Assembly (NCBI GenBank): GCA_964645575.1
Contig: CAZYAM010000003.1
Coordinates: 9,064 to 68,279, forward strand
Origin: an uncultured Ignavibacteriaceae bacterium
Lineage (GTDB): Bacteria > Bacteroidota > Ignavibacteria > UBA10030
DNA: 59,216 nucleotides
Direction: 5' to 3'
Shown: positions 48,699-57,181 of the stretch, one piece after another
Layout of the letters: every line of letters begins with the position of its first letter
How positions within the stretch are numbered: position 1 is the stretch's first letter
Program-made: the position numbers and the translations under genes
Notes under the pieces: generated by a model
Database searches by the model: none
What the model saw: the letters and a program-made list of their open reading frames with translations, nothing else
Told to the model about the DNA's origin: nothing

Positions 48699-49637
48699 TT
48701 ATTTGTCTTTTCTTTTATAAAAAACCCCTCTTTCTTGCCTGACCGGTTCAATTTTATTTTCTGATTCTAAAACATCAAGGTATTTATTAATTTCGTTGAT
48801 ATGCATCCCCAATATTTTTGCCAGGTCGTCAATCGTACAGGGTCTTCTTGCTATGGTCTCTATGATGGCTGTTTCTGTATCTTTTCTGTATGACTGTATG
48901 TTTTTTCTTTCCGACGATGCTGCAATTATTTCAACATTGTCTAATTTCCAGAAATTGATTACACGCTGCAATTCTTCTTTTGTCGCACTTCTTAAATTTG
49001 TTACCGTTCCGGGTCGATCTAAGGTATTTAATTGAACAGAATCGGGATTTATTTTTAATATTGCTTTTTTAAGCTCTATCAGCTCATTATCGCTGTCATT
49101 ATATCCCGGAAGAATGAATATCTCGAGCCATATTTTTCCTTTAAACTCGCTCCTTAGTGTTATTAATCCTTGTATGTATTTATCTATTGTTAAATTTTCC
49201 GGAGGGCGATTTATTTTTTTGAATACATCTTCTGTTGCTGCGTCCAGAGAGGGAAGGATAACGTCTGCGTCTTTTATCGCATCTCTGACATTTTTATCGT
49301 AAAACAATGTTCCATTCGTTAAAACGGCAACAGGAATGCCGGGCTTATTTTGTTTTATAAATTGAAGAATTTCACCTATGCGAATGTTTAACGTTGGCTC
49401 GCCAGAACCCGAAAAGGTAATATAATCAGGATCGGGATTGTTGGCGAAATAATTCGTTAATTCCTCTTTTACCTTATCGAACTTAATGTATTCTTTTCTG
49501 TCAAGTGTCAGTTTTGTTGTTCTCCCGACCTCGCAATAAACGCAATCAAGCGAGCATACTTTTTTGGGAACTAAATCAACTCCTAAAGACATCCCTAATC
49601 GTCTTGAAGGAACAGGCCCAAATAAATATTTATACAA
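48699..49637 (-). CDS. Radical SAM protein (COG0731/TYW1-like), intact paralog, TTG start
   Basis: FGPVPSRRLGMSLGVD, CSLDCVYC, SGEPTL, PSLDA. Confidence 0.92.
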   Translation of the reverse strand: MYKYLFGPVPSRRLGMSLGVDLVPKKVCSLDCVYCEVGRTTKLTLDRKEYIKFDKVKEELTNYFANNPDPDYITFSGSGEPTLNIRIGEILQFIKQNKPGIPVAVLTNGTLFYDKNVRDAIKDADVILPSLDAATEDVFKKINRPPENLTIDKYIQGLITLRSEFKGKIWLEIFILPGYNDSDNELIELKKAILKINPDSVQLNTLDRPGTVTNLRSATKEELQRVINFWKLDNVEIIAASSERKNIQSYRKDTETAIIETIARRPCTIDDLAKILGMHINEINKYLDVLESENKIEPVRQERGVFYKRKDK

Positions 49638-49794
49638 TGAAACCTCTTTTATTATTAGATATTACCGATCCTATTTCGCTATGGATAATAAGGCTGCATC
49701 TTTGACTTTTATAATTTGGCTGCTATTTTAATAACAGTAAAATTTCTGCCGTCGCCGAGAGCTACATTTCTTTATCTATGAAATTCTTCCTGCT

Positions 49795-50187
49795 TTATGA
49801 GAATATTAAATGCTTTCTATTCTCTCCCTTTTCTTTCTCCTGAGATATTTTATCGATATTAGCATGGATAAGTTGAATTGCATCATAAATAGTTGCTCTC
49901 CGCACAACTATGCATACTAAATTTTTTGATAATCTTAGAAGATTGGGGCCAAACCTTTTACCTACAACTCCATCTAATCCTTTCAATACAGAAGCCGTAG
50001 ACTTAGCTTTTCCTGGATCCCCACGTATTATCGATTCATCTTCCTTATATTCAACGTTATTTCTTTGTTCGACAAATTCTTCTTTGTTATCAAAAAAACG
50101 ATAGACATGAAAATACTTAGATTTGCCTGCATGATCTTCTTTCAAATTTATGCCGTCATCTGTACCAAAGGCTATCAATAGTTTCAT
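49795..50187 (-). CDS. Divergent NifB/NifX-like protein
   Basis: IAFGTDDG, HAGKSKYF (Cys of HFGRC absent), FGPN. Confidence 0.75.
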   Translation of the reverse strand: MKLLIAFGTDDGINLKEDHAGKSKYFHVYRFFDNKEEFVEQRNNVEYKEDESIIRGDPGKAKSTASVLKGLDGVVGKRFGPNLLRLSKNLVCIVVRRATIYDAIQLIHANIDKISQEKEKGENRKHLIFS

Positions 50188-50244
50188 GAATGCCTCCTAT
50201 ATAAGTGTTTGATGAGCCTGTTGTCTCAAAAGCGCCTTAGCCAT

Positions 50245-50793
50245 TTATTCTTCCTTTTTATAGTTCTTTTCGCCTGCTTGAATAGAAATTTTAAGCCAGT
50301 TTTCCGGAGGTACGAAAGGGCAGCTGTACTCTTTGCTATAGGCACACCATGGATTATATGCTTTATTGAAGTCGAGAACCCATTTCCCCTCGTTATAATC
50401 GTCTTCAGGTTTAAGGTCAATATATCGTCCCGCCCCATATGTTTCCTTGCCGCTTGTCGCATCACGGAAAGGAATAAATAATCTCCCTTCAGCAGGATTG
50501 CTTTTATAAGCTTGAAGCACGAATTCTTCGTTGTCTATTCTAAACCTGAATTCTCCCCATCTTAGAAGCCCCCTCTCATTATCCTGAGTGTCTTGCACTT
50601 TTATGCTTTCTTTCTTCTTATGCTCGTGAAGAACAAGCTCGAACCTGTATCTGGGGTCGGGGGAATAATAGTAAAGTCCTTTAAACTTTACATGTGCCTC
50701 AAAAGGTATGGGTGATTGAAAATGCTGTCCAAAAAAAACATCTTTATTCTCTCTCTCGGACTCGAGTTGTTTTTTCCATTCGGATATTTCCAT
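50245..50793 (-). CDS. DUF1684 family protein
   Basis: FKGLYYY, PFRDATSGKETYGAGRY, DFNKAYNPWCAYS, CP. Confidence 0.92.
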   Translation of the reverse strand: MEISEWKKQLESERENKDVFFGQHFQSPIPFEAHVKFKGLYYYSPDPRYRFELVLHEHKKKESIKVQDTQDNERGLLRWGEFRFRIDNEEFVLQAYKSNPAEGRLFIPFRDATSGKETYGAGRYIDLKPEDDYNEGKWVLDFNKAYNPWCAYSKEYSCPFVPPENWLKISIQAGEKNYKKEE

Positions 50794-51023
50794 GATTATT
50801 TCCCGAAATTTAAGATAAAACCTTCGTTATAGTCGTCGTTATGAAAAACTTTATAGGTATATAAGATTGAAGCTTCTATTCCTTTAAAAAACATATAAGG
50901 TCATGTAACTCTTTTTAACGACATCACGAATCGAATTTATAAATATAACTCAGTCATTCCGTTTTTCTGTTTCTTAGGACTGATTTACCCCCTCCAAGAT
51001 TGCCGGTTGATTGTTATTGTATG

Positions 51024-51773
51024 TCATTCTGTTCGCTTTTTAGCAGGGAAGAGAAGGGAAACGGTCAACGCAAGCAGTGCATGAAAAAACACAAGTGTAT
51101 ATCCGGTCGGCAAATCTAAATTGTATGAAACAAGTATAGAAATAACATTCACACAGGTCCCGATAGCCCATGCCGTTAAAAGTAATTTTCCTTTATTCAT
51201 TCTGATAGATACATACGCCGGAGCCACGAGAAGAGCGAAGACGATAAGCACTCCCGCCATTCTTACAGAGCTGGTAACGGTTGCTGCGAACGATACAAAG
51301 AATAATATATCTTTCCATACTCCTTTTATTCTTGGATAAACAAAAAATAAGAGCAGGCCGAGGATTGAATAAATAATAGTTGTCTCGACGATATCACTCA
51401 TAGGGGTAAATAAAATATCGGATGCCATAAGTCTATCGAACATTTCTAAGCCGTGGCTTGATTTTGAAAGTACGATAAACACACCTGAAATTCCGAATGC
51501 ATATAAAAGTCCGATAAAAGCTTCATGCGACACGGTTCGCTTTGAAGCGAATGCAATTACAAGTCCTCCAATCAGTGCGAATGAAAGTGAAAGGAGATAG
51601 ATATACTGGCCCTCTAATAACAAAACCGAGAGCGCAGCGCCTAATGCAGCCATCTGGCCAATTGCGAGATCGGTGAATATAATTCCTCGTTTTATAATTT
51701 CAAGGCCAAAGAAGGAATGGATGCCAAGCAGCACTACCGAAAGAAGGAATGCCGAAAGTAATATATCGGTCAT
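51024..51773 (-). CDS. Zn/Mn ABC-type permease (ZnuB-like)
   Basis: IKRGIIFTDLAIGQMAALG, LIVFALLVAPA, DLPTG. Confidence 0.85.
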   Translation of the reverse strand: MTDILLSAFLLSVVLLGIHSFFGLEIIKRGIIFTDLAIGQMAALGAALSVLLLEGQYIYLLSLSFALIGGLVIAFASKRTVSHEAFIGLLYAFGISGVFIVLSKSSHGLEMFDRLMASDILFTPMSDIVETTIIYSILGLLLFFVYPRIKGVWKDILFFVSFAATVTSSVRMAGVLIVFALLVAPAYVSIRMNKGKLLLTAWAIGTCVNVISILVSYNLDLPTGYTLVFFHALLALTVSLLFPAKKRTE

Positions 51774-52660
51774 TGTGTTATTCTCCTTACCATTTCATCA
51801 AATAATGAAATAATTCCTTCAGCTTCTTTAACGGCTCCGATGTCTTGAGGAAAGATAATCATTTTTATATTAAGTTTTTTTGAAAGATATTCTGAAGCAT
51901 CCTTAGGATTATAAACATCCTGCAGGATACAGCGGATCTTTTCACTTTCTATAAGTTTTTCAACTTCTCCGATATGCCTTGAAGTTGGAGGAATACCCGG
52001 CAGAGGTTCTATTGTTCCTGCTATGATAAGTCCGTACTTTTGCAGGAAATAATCATAATTTTTATGATACTCAATTACCTTTACTCCTTTCATCGGATTC
52101 ATTTTCTCTTCCCATTCCTTAGTTTTCTGTCCCCATATTTTCTCAAACTCCGTATAGTTTGTTTGGTAAAGGGATTTACTTTCCGGGTCGATCTCGCAAA
52201 GTTTGTCTGTTATCGCTTTTGCGATTAACAGTATGTTGTCTGGATTCATGCAGAAGTGCGGGTTTCCCTCAGGATGGACATCTCCTTGTTCACGTGAAAC
52301 ACTCGTCGGAACGTCTATAAGGTGCATGTAGGTTGAAAGATCGAGAAATCCCCTCTCTCCCGGCTGAACATTGCCATTATTAGCTTGTTTGAGAATTGGA
52401 GGCAGCCAGCCGATTTCAAGCTGCGCTCCATTGATAATGAGAAGATCGGCTCTCCGTAATTTTGCAATGTATGATGGTTTAGGAATAATAACATGCGGAT
52501 TATAGTCACCTCTTGCGAGTGGAATAACCCGAACACGCTCACCGCCTATTTTTTCTGTAATATCTGCTATATAGGGATAGGTTGTTACAACTTGTAAGCG
52601 TTCAGAAAAAACAACCTGTGTATATAAAATGCAAGTTAAAACAAAACATAATATTCTCAT
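51770..52660 (-). CDS. Zn/Mn ABC substrate-binding protein (ZnuA/AdcA-like)
   Basis: VVTTYP, NPH, HPEGNPH, EYHKN, IEPLPGIPPT. Confidence 0.9.
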   Translation of the reverse strand: MRILCFVLTCILYTQVVFSERLQVVTTYPYIADITEKIGGERVRVIPLARGDYNPHVIIPKPSYIAKLRRADLLIINGAQLEIGWLPPILKQANNGNVQPGERGFLDLSTYMHLIDVPTSVSREQGDVHPEGNPHFCMNPDNILLIAKAITDKLCEIDPESKSLYQTNYTEFEKIWGQKTKEWEEKMNPMKGVKVIEYHKNYDYFLQKYGLIIAGTIEPLPGIPPTSRHIGEVEKLIESEKIRCILQDVYNPKDASEYLSKKLNIKMIIFPQDIGAVKEAEGIISLFDEMVRRITQ

Positions 52661-52681
52661 TGGTATCTCCTTAGATATAAA

Positions 52682-53986
52682 TTAGAAAGAATGCGCGCCA
52701 TGTGCGCCAATGGCTATATTAAGTTGGAGAATAAATTCTGTATAGGGTTTATAAATCAATCCGTTCGAAGTGTGCAGGTATTTGCTTTCATCGTGATTCA
52801 CCTGCAGTCGAAGTCTTGAAAATTCGGTTGGAAGGTACTCAAGCATTGCCGAATATCGAGCGGGATTTTCAGGATAATTCTGTTTCGTACTGCCGATGAT
52901 TACATCATTGAGATTCATAAGATCATATCTTACACCGGCTCTCCATCTGAGCCCCAGTTTAGCAACGAGTTGAGAATAAAAACCTGCCTGTTTTCTTTCC
53001 AGAGAGTTTTTTGCTACCGTAAAAGAAGTATCACGGTTGTACAATGAACCATCTATCGAACGATGCATGTATTCACTCTGGAAAGAAATGTTATGTATTG
53101 CGTCGATGATATATTTTACCGTCAGATCACCGCAGAGAATATCCGTGGAAGCATCAATAGCTGTTCCTTCGTCTTCTGAAGCTGAAAAACCTTCATCCAT
53201 TCTGGTTTTTCCATGAGCGTATGAGAAGCCGAATAATACAACTGTTTCCTCTATGTCGAAGGATGACCGTGCATAACCCACGAACAGGTTTGGATTCTCA
53301 CTCTCATGAATATTAACGAGTCCATTGACATCGCTGAAACCTGCAGTTCCGAAACTTGCTTCGTTTTCTCCCATCAGGATTTCAGTGCCCAGCATAAGAT
53401 AGAAATCAGTTGGTGCGACCCAGGTAATTCGTGTTCCAAGTTCATTCAATCCTTCCTCGCCGAAGAAAGCATTTAATACCAGCGGGCGTTCAGCAAAATC
53501 CAAATAATGTGTGTGTTGTTCATTTAATCTGCCGAAGCTGGATAGAAATTTCCCCGCTTTTACCTGAAAACCGTATGGCAGTTTTCGTGTTGTAATGTAT
53601 GCCTCTTCTAATCCTGCATGTTCCTCTGCAACATGGAGTACAGCGAAGAGATCGAAGTATGGATCAACAATAGAATAGAACGAAATTTCCCCGTAATTAA
53701 GATTAAATCCCTTCAGGGAATTCATGCTGCTATGGTCATGACCCTCTTTGTCATGGTGATGGGTGAATCCCGGCATGTGAAGTTCTGAAAAAACTCCGTT
53801 ATCAATATCCCGTGAAACCCATGAAAAGTCGACAATCATTGAAATATCCGGAACAAACTTCGATTGGTTGAAGGGTGAACCGGCTTTTGATTGGGTTACG
53901 GGGAAATCATCCTGCCCTAATACTGATGCTGTAGCTGTAATTAAAATGAAAAAAACATATTTAAAATTCATATTGATATTCCTCAA
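52682..53986 (-). CDS. His-rich outer-membrane beta-barrel (zinc-uptake porin-like)
   Basis: FVPDIS, HHHDKEGHDH loop, EEAY, FGRLNEQHTH, C-terminal GAHGAHSF. Confidence 0.8.
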   Translation of the reverse strand: MRNINMNFKYVFFILITATASVLGQDDFPVTQSKAGSPFNQSKFVPDISMIVDFSWVSRDIDNGVFSELHMPGFTHHHDKEGHDHSSMNSLKGFNLNYGEISFYSIVDPYFDLFAVLHVAEEHAGLEEAYITTRKLPYGFQVKAGKFLSSFGRLNEQHTHYLDFAERPLVLNAFFGEEGLNELGTRITWVAPTDFYLMLGTEILMGENEASFGTAGFSDVNGLVNIHESENPNLFVGYARSSFDIEETVVLFGFSYAHGKTRMDEGFSASEDEGTAIDASTDILCGDLTVKYIIDAIHNISFQSEYMHRSIDGSLYNRDTSFTVAKNSLERKQAGFYSQLVAKLGLRWRAGVRYDLMNLNDVIIGSTKQNYPENPARYSAMLEYLPTEFSRLRLQVNHDESKYLHTSNGLIYKPYTEFILQLNIAIGAHGAHSF

Positions 53987-54002
53987 AATTAGAAAAGCAA
54001 TA

Positions 54003-54063
54003 GTAGACGCAAGCTTTAGCTTGCGGTTCTGGCTTTACACGCGGACATAAAGTCCGCGACTAC
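54003..54063. repeat. GTAG-family REP doublet (REPIN-like)
   Basis: GTAGA-CGCAAGC-TTTA-GCTTGCG and inverted partner CGCGGAC-ATAAA-GTCCGCG-ACTAC. Confidence 0.75.
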
Positions 54064-54112
54064 CAGACCACCTCAGTTTTCAGTACTAAAGTATTTTTAA
54101 ACGAGAATGAAA

Positions 54113-54424
54113 CTAGGAGTAGTTAGGCGGAGCGTGTGAATAGCAGACTGTTTTTTGAGAGGGATCCGTAACTCTATCGTATTGAGTGATTATCGATACC
54201 AGCACCGGCTTATGGAGTATAATATCTGAAATCCCAGATTCCACTGTTACAGAAGATGATGATAAAGACTGCTGAAATGCGCAAAGAGGACAATTATCAG
54301 ATTCTTCATCACAATGGTGGCTGTGAAATGACATAACAGTAATGCTTGAAAGCAGTGCTGCAAGGATGAAAATGGGAAGGTATTTTTCCGTTCGAAGGGC
54401 AAATTTGGAAATTTTGTTTTTCAT
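54113..54424 (-). CDS. DUF2946-like leader protein (TM helix, HSHH, CxxC, C-terminal HAPP)
   Basis: FHSHHCDEESDNCPLC and SHAPPNYS*; first gene of the metal-uptake operon. Confidence 0.7.
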   Translation of the reverse strand: MKNKISKFALRTEKYLPIFILAALLSSITVMSFHSHHCDEESDNCPLCAFQQSLSSSSVTVESGISDIILHKPVLVSIITQYDRVTDPSQKTVCYSHAPPNYS

Positions 54425-54433
54425 CTCATTGCA

Positions 54434-54462
54434 AAAATATAATAAGTTTATACTATTGTCAA
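54434..54462 (-). promoter_or_regulatory. Sigma70 promoter TTGACA-N17-TATTTT (implies a near-leaderless transcript)
   Basis: The -10 box ends 9 nt before ATG 54424; no Shine-Dalgarno site. Confidence 0.5.
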
Positions 54463-54593
54463 GAAACACTAAATATACACGCCGGCGCTTTCTATTTTTA
54501 TATACTGACTATGAAACCTTATTGGTTGTTCCATTGTTAATAATAAAAAGGATGGTATTTGAGAATGAAGTATTCTGTAGAAAATAAAGAGTA

Positions 54594-54806
54594 ATGAATA
54601 TGAAATCCCACGAATTAATAATCCAGGGAATGAGCTGCAGACACTGTGTTATGCACATGAAGCAAGCTCTGGACTCGGTTGACGGATTGGAAGTTGAGGA
54701 TGTGCAGATTGGCAAGGCGCGCGTCCGGTATGACGATCAAAATGTCATCAAAGCCTTTTCCGAGAAGATAGAAGAAGCCGGATACAAAGTTGTCTCGATT
54801 CAATGA
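54594..54806 (+). CDS. copZ: Copper chaperone (HMA domain)
   Basis: GMSCRHC. Confidence 0.9.
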   Translation: MNMKSHELIIQGMSCRHCVMHMKQALDSVDGLEVEDVQIGKARVRYDDQNVIKAFSEKIEEAGYKVVSIQ

Positions 54807-57070
54807 ATGATTCTGCTCATCATATCGAAACTCTGACACTGCCGATAGAAGGTATGACGTGCGCAAGCTGTGTTGCGCGGGTTGAGAAAACGTTGAAAAA
54901 GGTCGACGGAGTCGAAATTGCCAATGTCAATCTTGCAACGGAAGCAGTTACACTCTCATTTGATCCCCAAAAGGCTTCTCTTGACGTATTGGCCAAAGCC
55001 GTCGATGGGGCGGGCTACAAATTAAAGATACCGGAGGACTCGAAACCTTCCGAAAGTTCTCTTGGCCTTGTGCAAAAGCAACTTTCGGAAGGTTCTTATC
55101 AGGAAAAATCATATCGTCAACTCAAGCGCGAATTTCTCTTCAGTCTCGTTCTCGCAGTTCCGATCATGCTGATCAATATGTTGAGCATGGCCGCTTGGTT
55201 TATGTCCCGCATTCCTTTGTCGATGGATGAGGTTAATACGCTTCTACTGATACTTACTATACCTGTGATGATCGTCTCGGGAAAGCGTTTTTTCAGACCG
55301 GCATGGAAATTAGCACAGCACTTTGCGGCGGATATGAATACTCTCGTTGCTGTTGGAACAGGGTCGGCATTTTTATACAGCGCGTGTATTGTGCTGTTTC
55401 CGCAGTGGTTCCCGCCAGGTACAGATGTACGTGCGGTATATTTTGATTCGGCAGCGGTAATCATCACGCTGATTTTGATGGGAAGAATGCTCGAATCACG
55501 TGCAAAAAATAAAGCATCAGAATCCATAAGACTTCTAATGAATCTTCAGCCAAAAACTGCGCACGTTATTAAAGAGAATAATGAATATGAAATTTCGGCC
55601 GCCGATGTTATTGTCGGCGATGTTCTTATCGTACGCCCCGGCGAACGCATTCCAGTTGATGGTGTGATACTTAAAGGTGTTTCATCCGTCGATGAATCTA
55701 TGGTGAGCGGCGAAAGTATTCCCATAGAAAAAACTATCAGCGATAAAGTGATTGGCGGTACGATCAATCGAAACGGAGGTTTTGAATTTCGTGCAATTGC
55801 TGTCGGAGCAGATACAATTGTTGCCCATATTACAAAACTTGTGGAAGAAGCGCAGGGTTCTAAAGCTCCTATTCAGCATCTTGCCGATAGAATCGCATCT
55901 GTGTTTGTCCCTATTGTGATAATGATTGCAATTGCGACATTCGGTGTTTGGCATTACGCAATCGGCATTGGTTTTGCATCTGCGTTAATGAATGCCGTTG
56001 CGGTTCTCGTTATTGCATGTCCATGCGCACTCGGACTCGCAACTCCCACTGCGATTATGGTCGGAACAGGCAGAGGTGCATCACTCGGTGTACTGATTAA
56101 AAATGCCGAGAGTCTAGAGCGGGCTCATAAAATAAATACAATTGTTTTCGATAAAACCGGGACTATCACCTCAGGAAAGCCGTCTGTAACGGATATACAA
56201 GGACTTAACGGAACAGATGAGGAGGCAGTATTAAAATTAGCAGCTGCGCTGGAAAAGAGATCGGAACACCCACTGGGTGAAGCCATTGTGCGTGAATCAA
56301 AGTTTCACTCTTTTGTTTTGGATGAGACGGATTCGTTTCAATCGCATACGGGATTCGGCGTAGAGGGAACAGTGTATGGCCTGAAAGTGCTCCTCGGGAG
56401 TGAGAAAATGATGAAGGATGTATCTATAGATACCTCAATTGCTGTAAGCGATCTTATTCGGTTCTCCAATCAGGGCAAGACGCCAATTCTTGTTGCCGTC
56501 GATGGCAAGCTTGCAGGTATCATTGCCGTCGCAGATACGCTTCAACAGTTATCGAAAGAGACTGTAGCGGAATTAAAAGCCATGGGATTCGAAATTGTTC
56601 TGTTAACGGGCGATAATTCACGTACCGCAAATGCAATTGCATTACAAGCCGGTATAGATCTTGTCGTCGCTGAAGTTTTACCGAATCAAAAAGCAGCGAA
56701 GGTCCGGGAACTTCAATCAAAAGGGAAGGTCGTTGCAATGGTCGGCGACGGCATCAACGATGCACCTTCGCTGGCACAGGCAGATGTAGGCATTGCAATA
56801 GGAACCGGCTCTGATATAGCGATGGAGACTGCAGATATTACACTGATGAAATCCGATTTAACAGGAGTTCTTCGCGCGATCCGTCTTTCCCGGCAAACCA
56901 TGCGCACCATAAAGCAGAATCTTTTCTGGGCGTTTATTTACAATGCGATCGGTATACCGCTGGCGGCATTGGGTTTGCTCAATCCGATGTTTGCTGCCGG
57001 GGCGATGGTGTTTAGCTCTGTGAGTGTGGTAACAAACTCGCTGAGACTGCGGGTAGCTAAGTTAAACTAA
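54803..57070 (+). CDS. copA: Cu(I)-translocating P1B-1 ATPase
   Basis: GMTCASC, SGES, CPC, DKTGT, HP, GDGINDAP, YN and MxxSS motifs. Confidence 0.96.
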   Translation: MNDSAHHIETLTLPIEGMTCASCVARVEKTLKKVDGVEIANVNLATEAVTLSFDPQKASLDVLAKAVDGAGYKLKIPEDSKPSESSLGLVQKQLSEGSYQEKSYRQLKREFLFSLVLAVPIMLINMLSMAAWFMSRIPLSMDEVNTLLLILTIPVMIVSGKRFFRPAWKLAQHFAADMNTLVAVGTGSAFLYSACIVLFPQWFPPGTDVRAVYFDSAAVIITLILMGRMLESRAKNKASESIRLLMNLQPKTAHVIKENNEYEISAADVIVGDVLIVRPGERIPVDGVILKGVSSVDESMVSGESIPIEKTISDKVIGGTINRNGGFEFRAIAVGADTIVAHITKLVEEAQGSKAPIQHLADRIASVFVPIVIMIAIATFGVWHYAIGIGFASALMNAVAVLVIACPCALGLATPTAIMVGTGRGASLGVLIKNAESLERAHKINTIVFDKTGTITSGKPSVTDIQGLNGTDEEAVLKLAAALEKRSEHPLGEAIVRESKFHSFVLDETDSFQSHTGFGVEGTVYGLKVLLGSEKMMKDVSIDTSIAVSDLIRFSNQGKTPILVAVDGKLAGIIAVADTLQQLSKETVAELKAMGFEIVLLTGDNSRTANAIALQAGIDLVVAEVLPNQKAAKVRELQSKGKVVAMVGDGINDAPSLAQADVGIAIGTGSDIAMETADITLMKSDLTGVLRAIRLSRQTMRTIKQNLFWAFIYNAIGIPLAALGLLNPMFAAGAMVFSSVSVVTNSLRLRVAKLN

Positions 57071-57181
57071 AATTCGCATTCAAATATTGTGCTTCCTGCG
57101 ATAAAGTTGTACCCGTGAAATACGGGAACAGGGCAAATACACAAGTTCTGACACCGCTTTTTATTTTACAGTTTTTGTCTT

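Noticed and set aside
22299-50187. Nitrogen fixation cluster (NifB/NifX and NifU names)
   Set aside because: No nifH, nifD, nifK, nifE or nifN; these families are widespread outside diazotrophs.
50796-50894. 32-aa ORF MFFKGIE...DDYNEGFILNFGK sharing DDYNEG with the adjacent DUF1684 protein
   Set aside because: The similarity covers only about 13 residues, flanks do not align and there is no RBS; probably chance.
54470-54593. Copper regulator operator (CsoR, CopY or CueR) before copZA
   Set aside because: No convincing palindrome; TGAAACC-N16-TGTT only loosely resembles the ECF-like motif.
57112-57126. CCCGT-gaaat-ACGGG hairpin between copA and dcp
   Set aside because: A 5-bp stem without an adjacent U tract; insufficient for a terminator or REP call.
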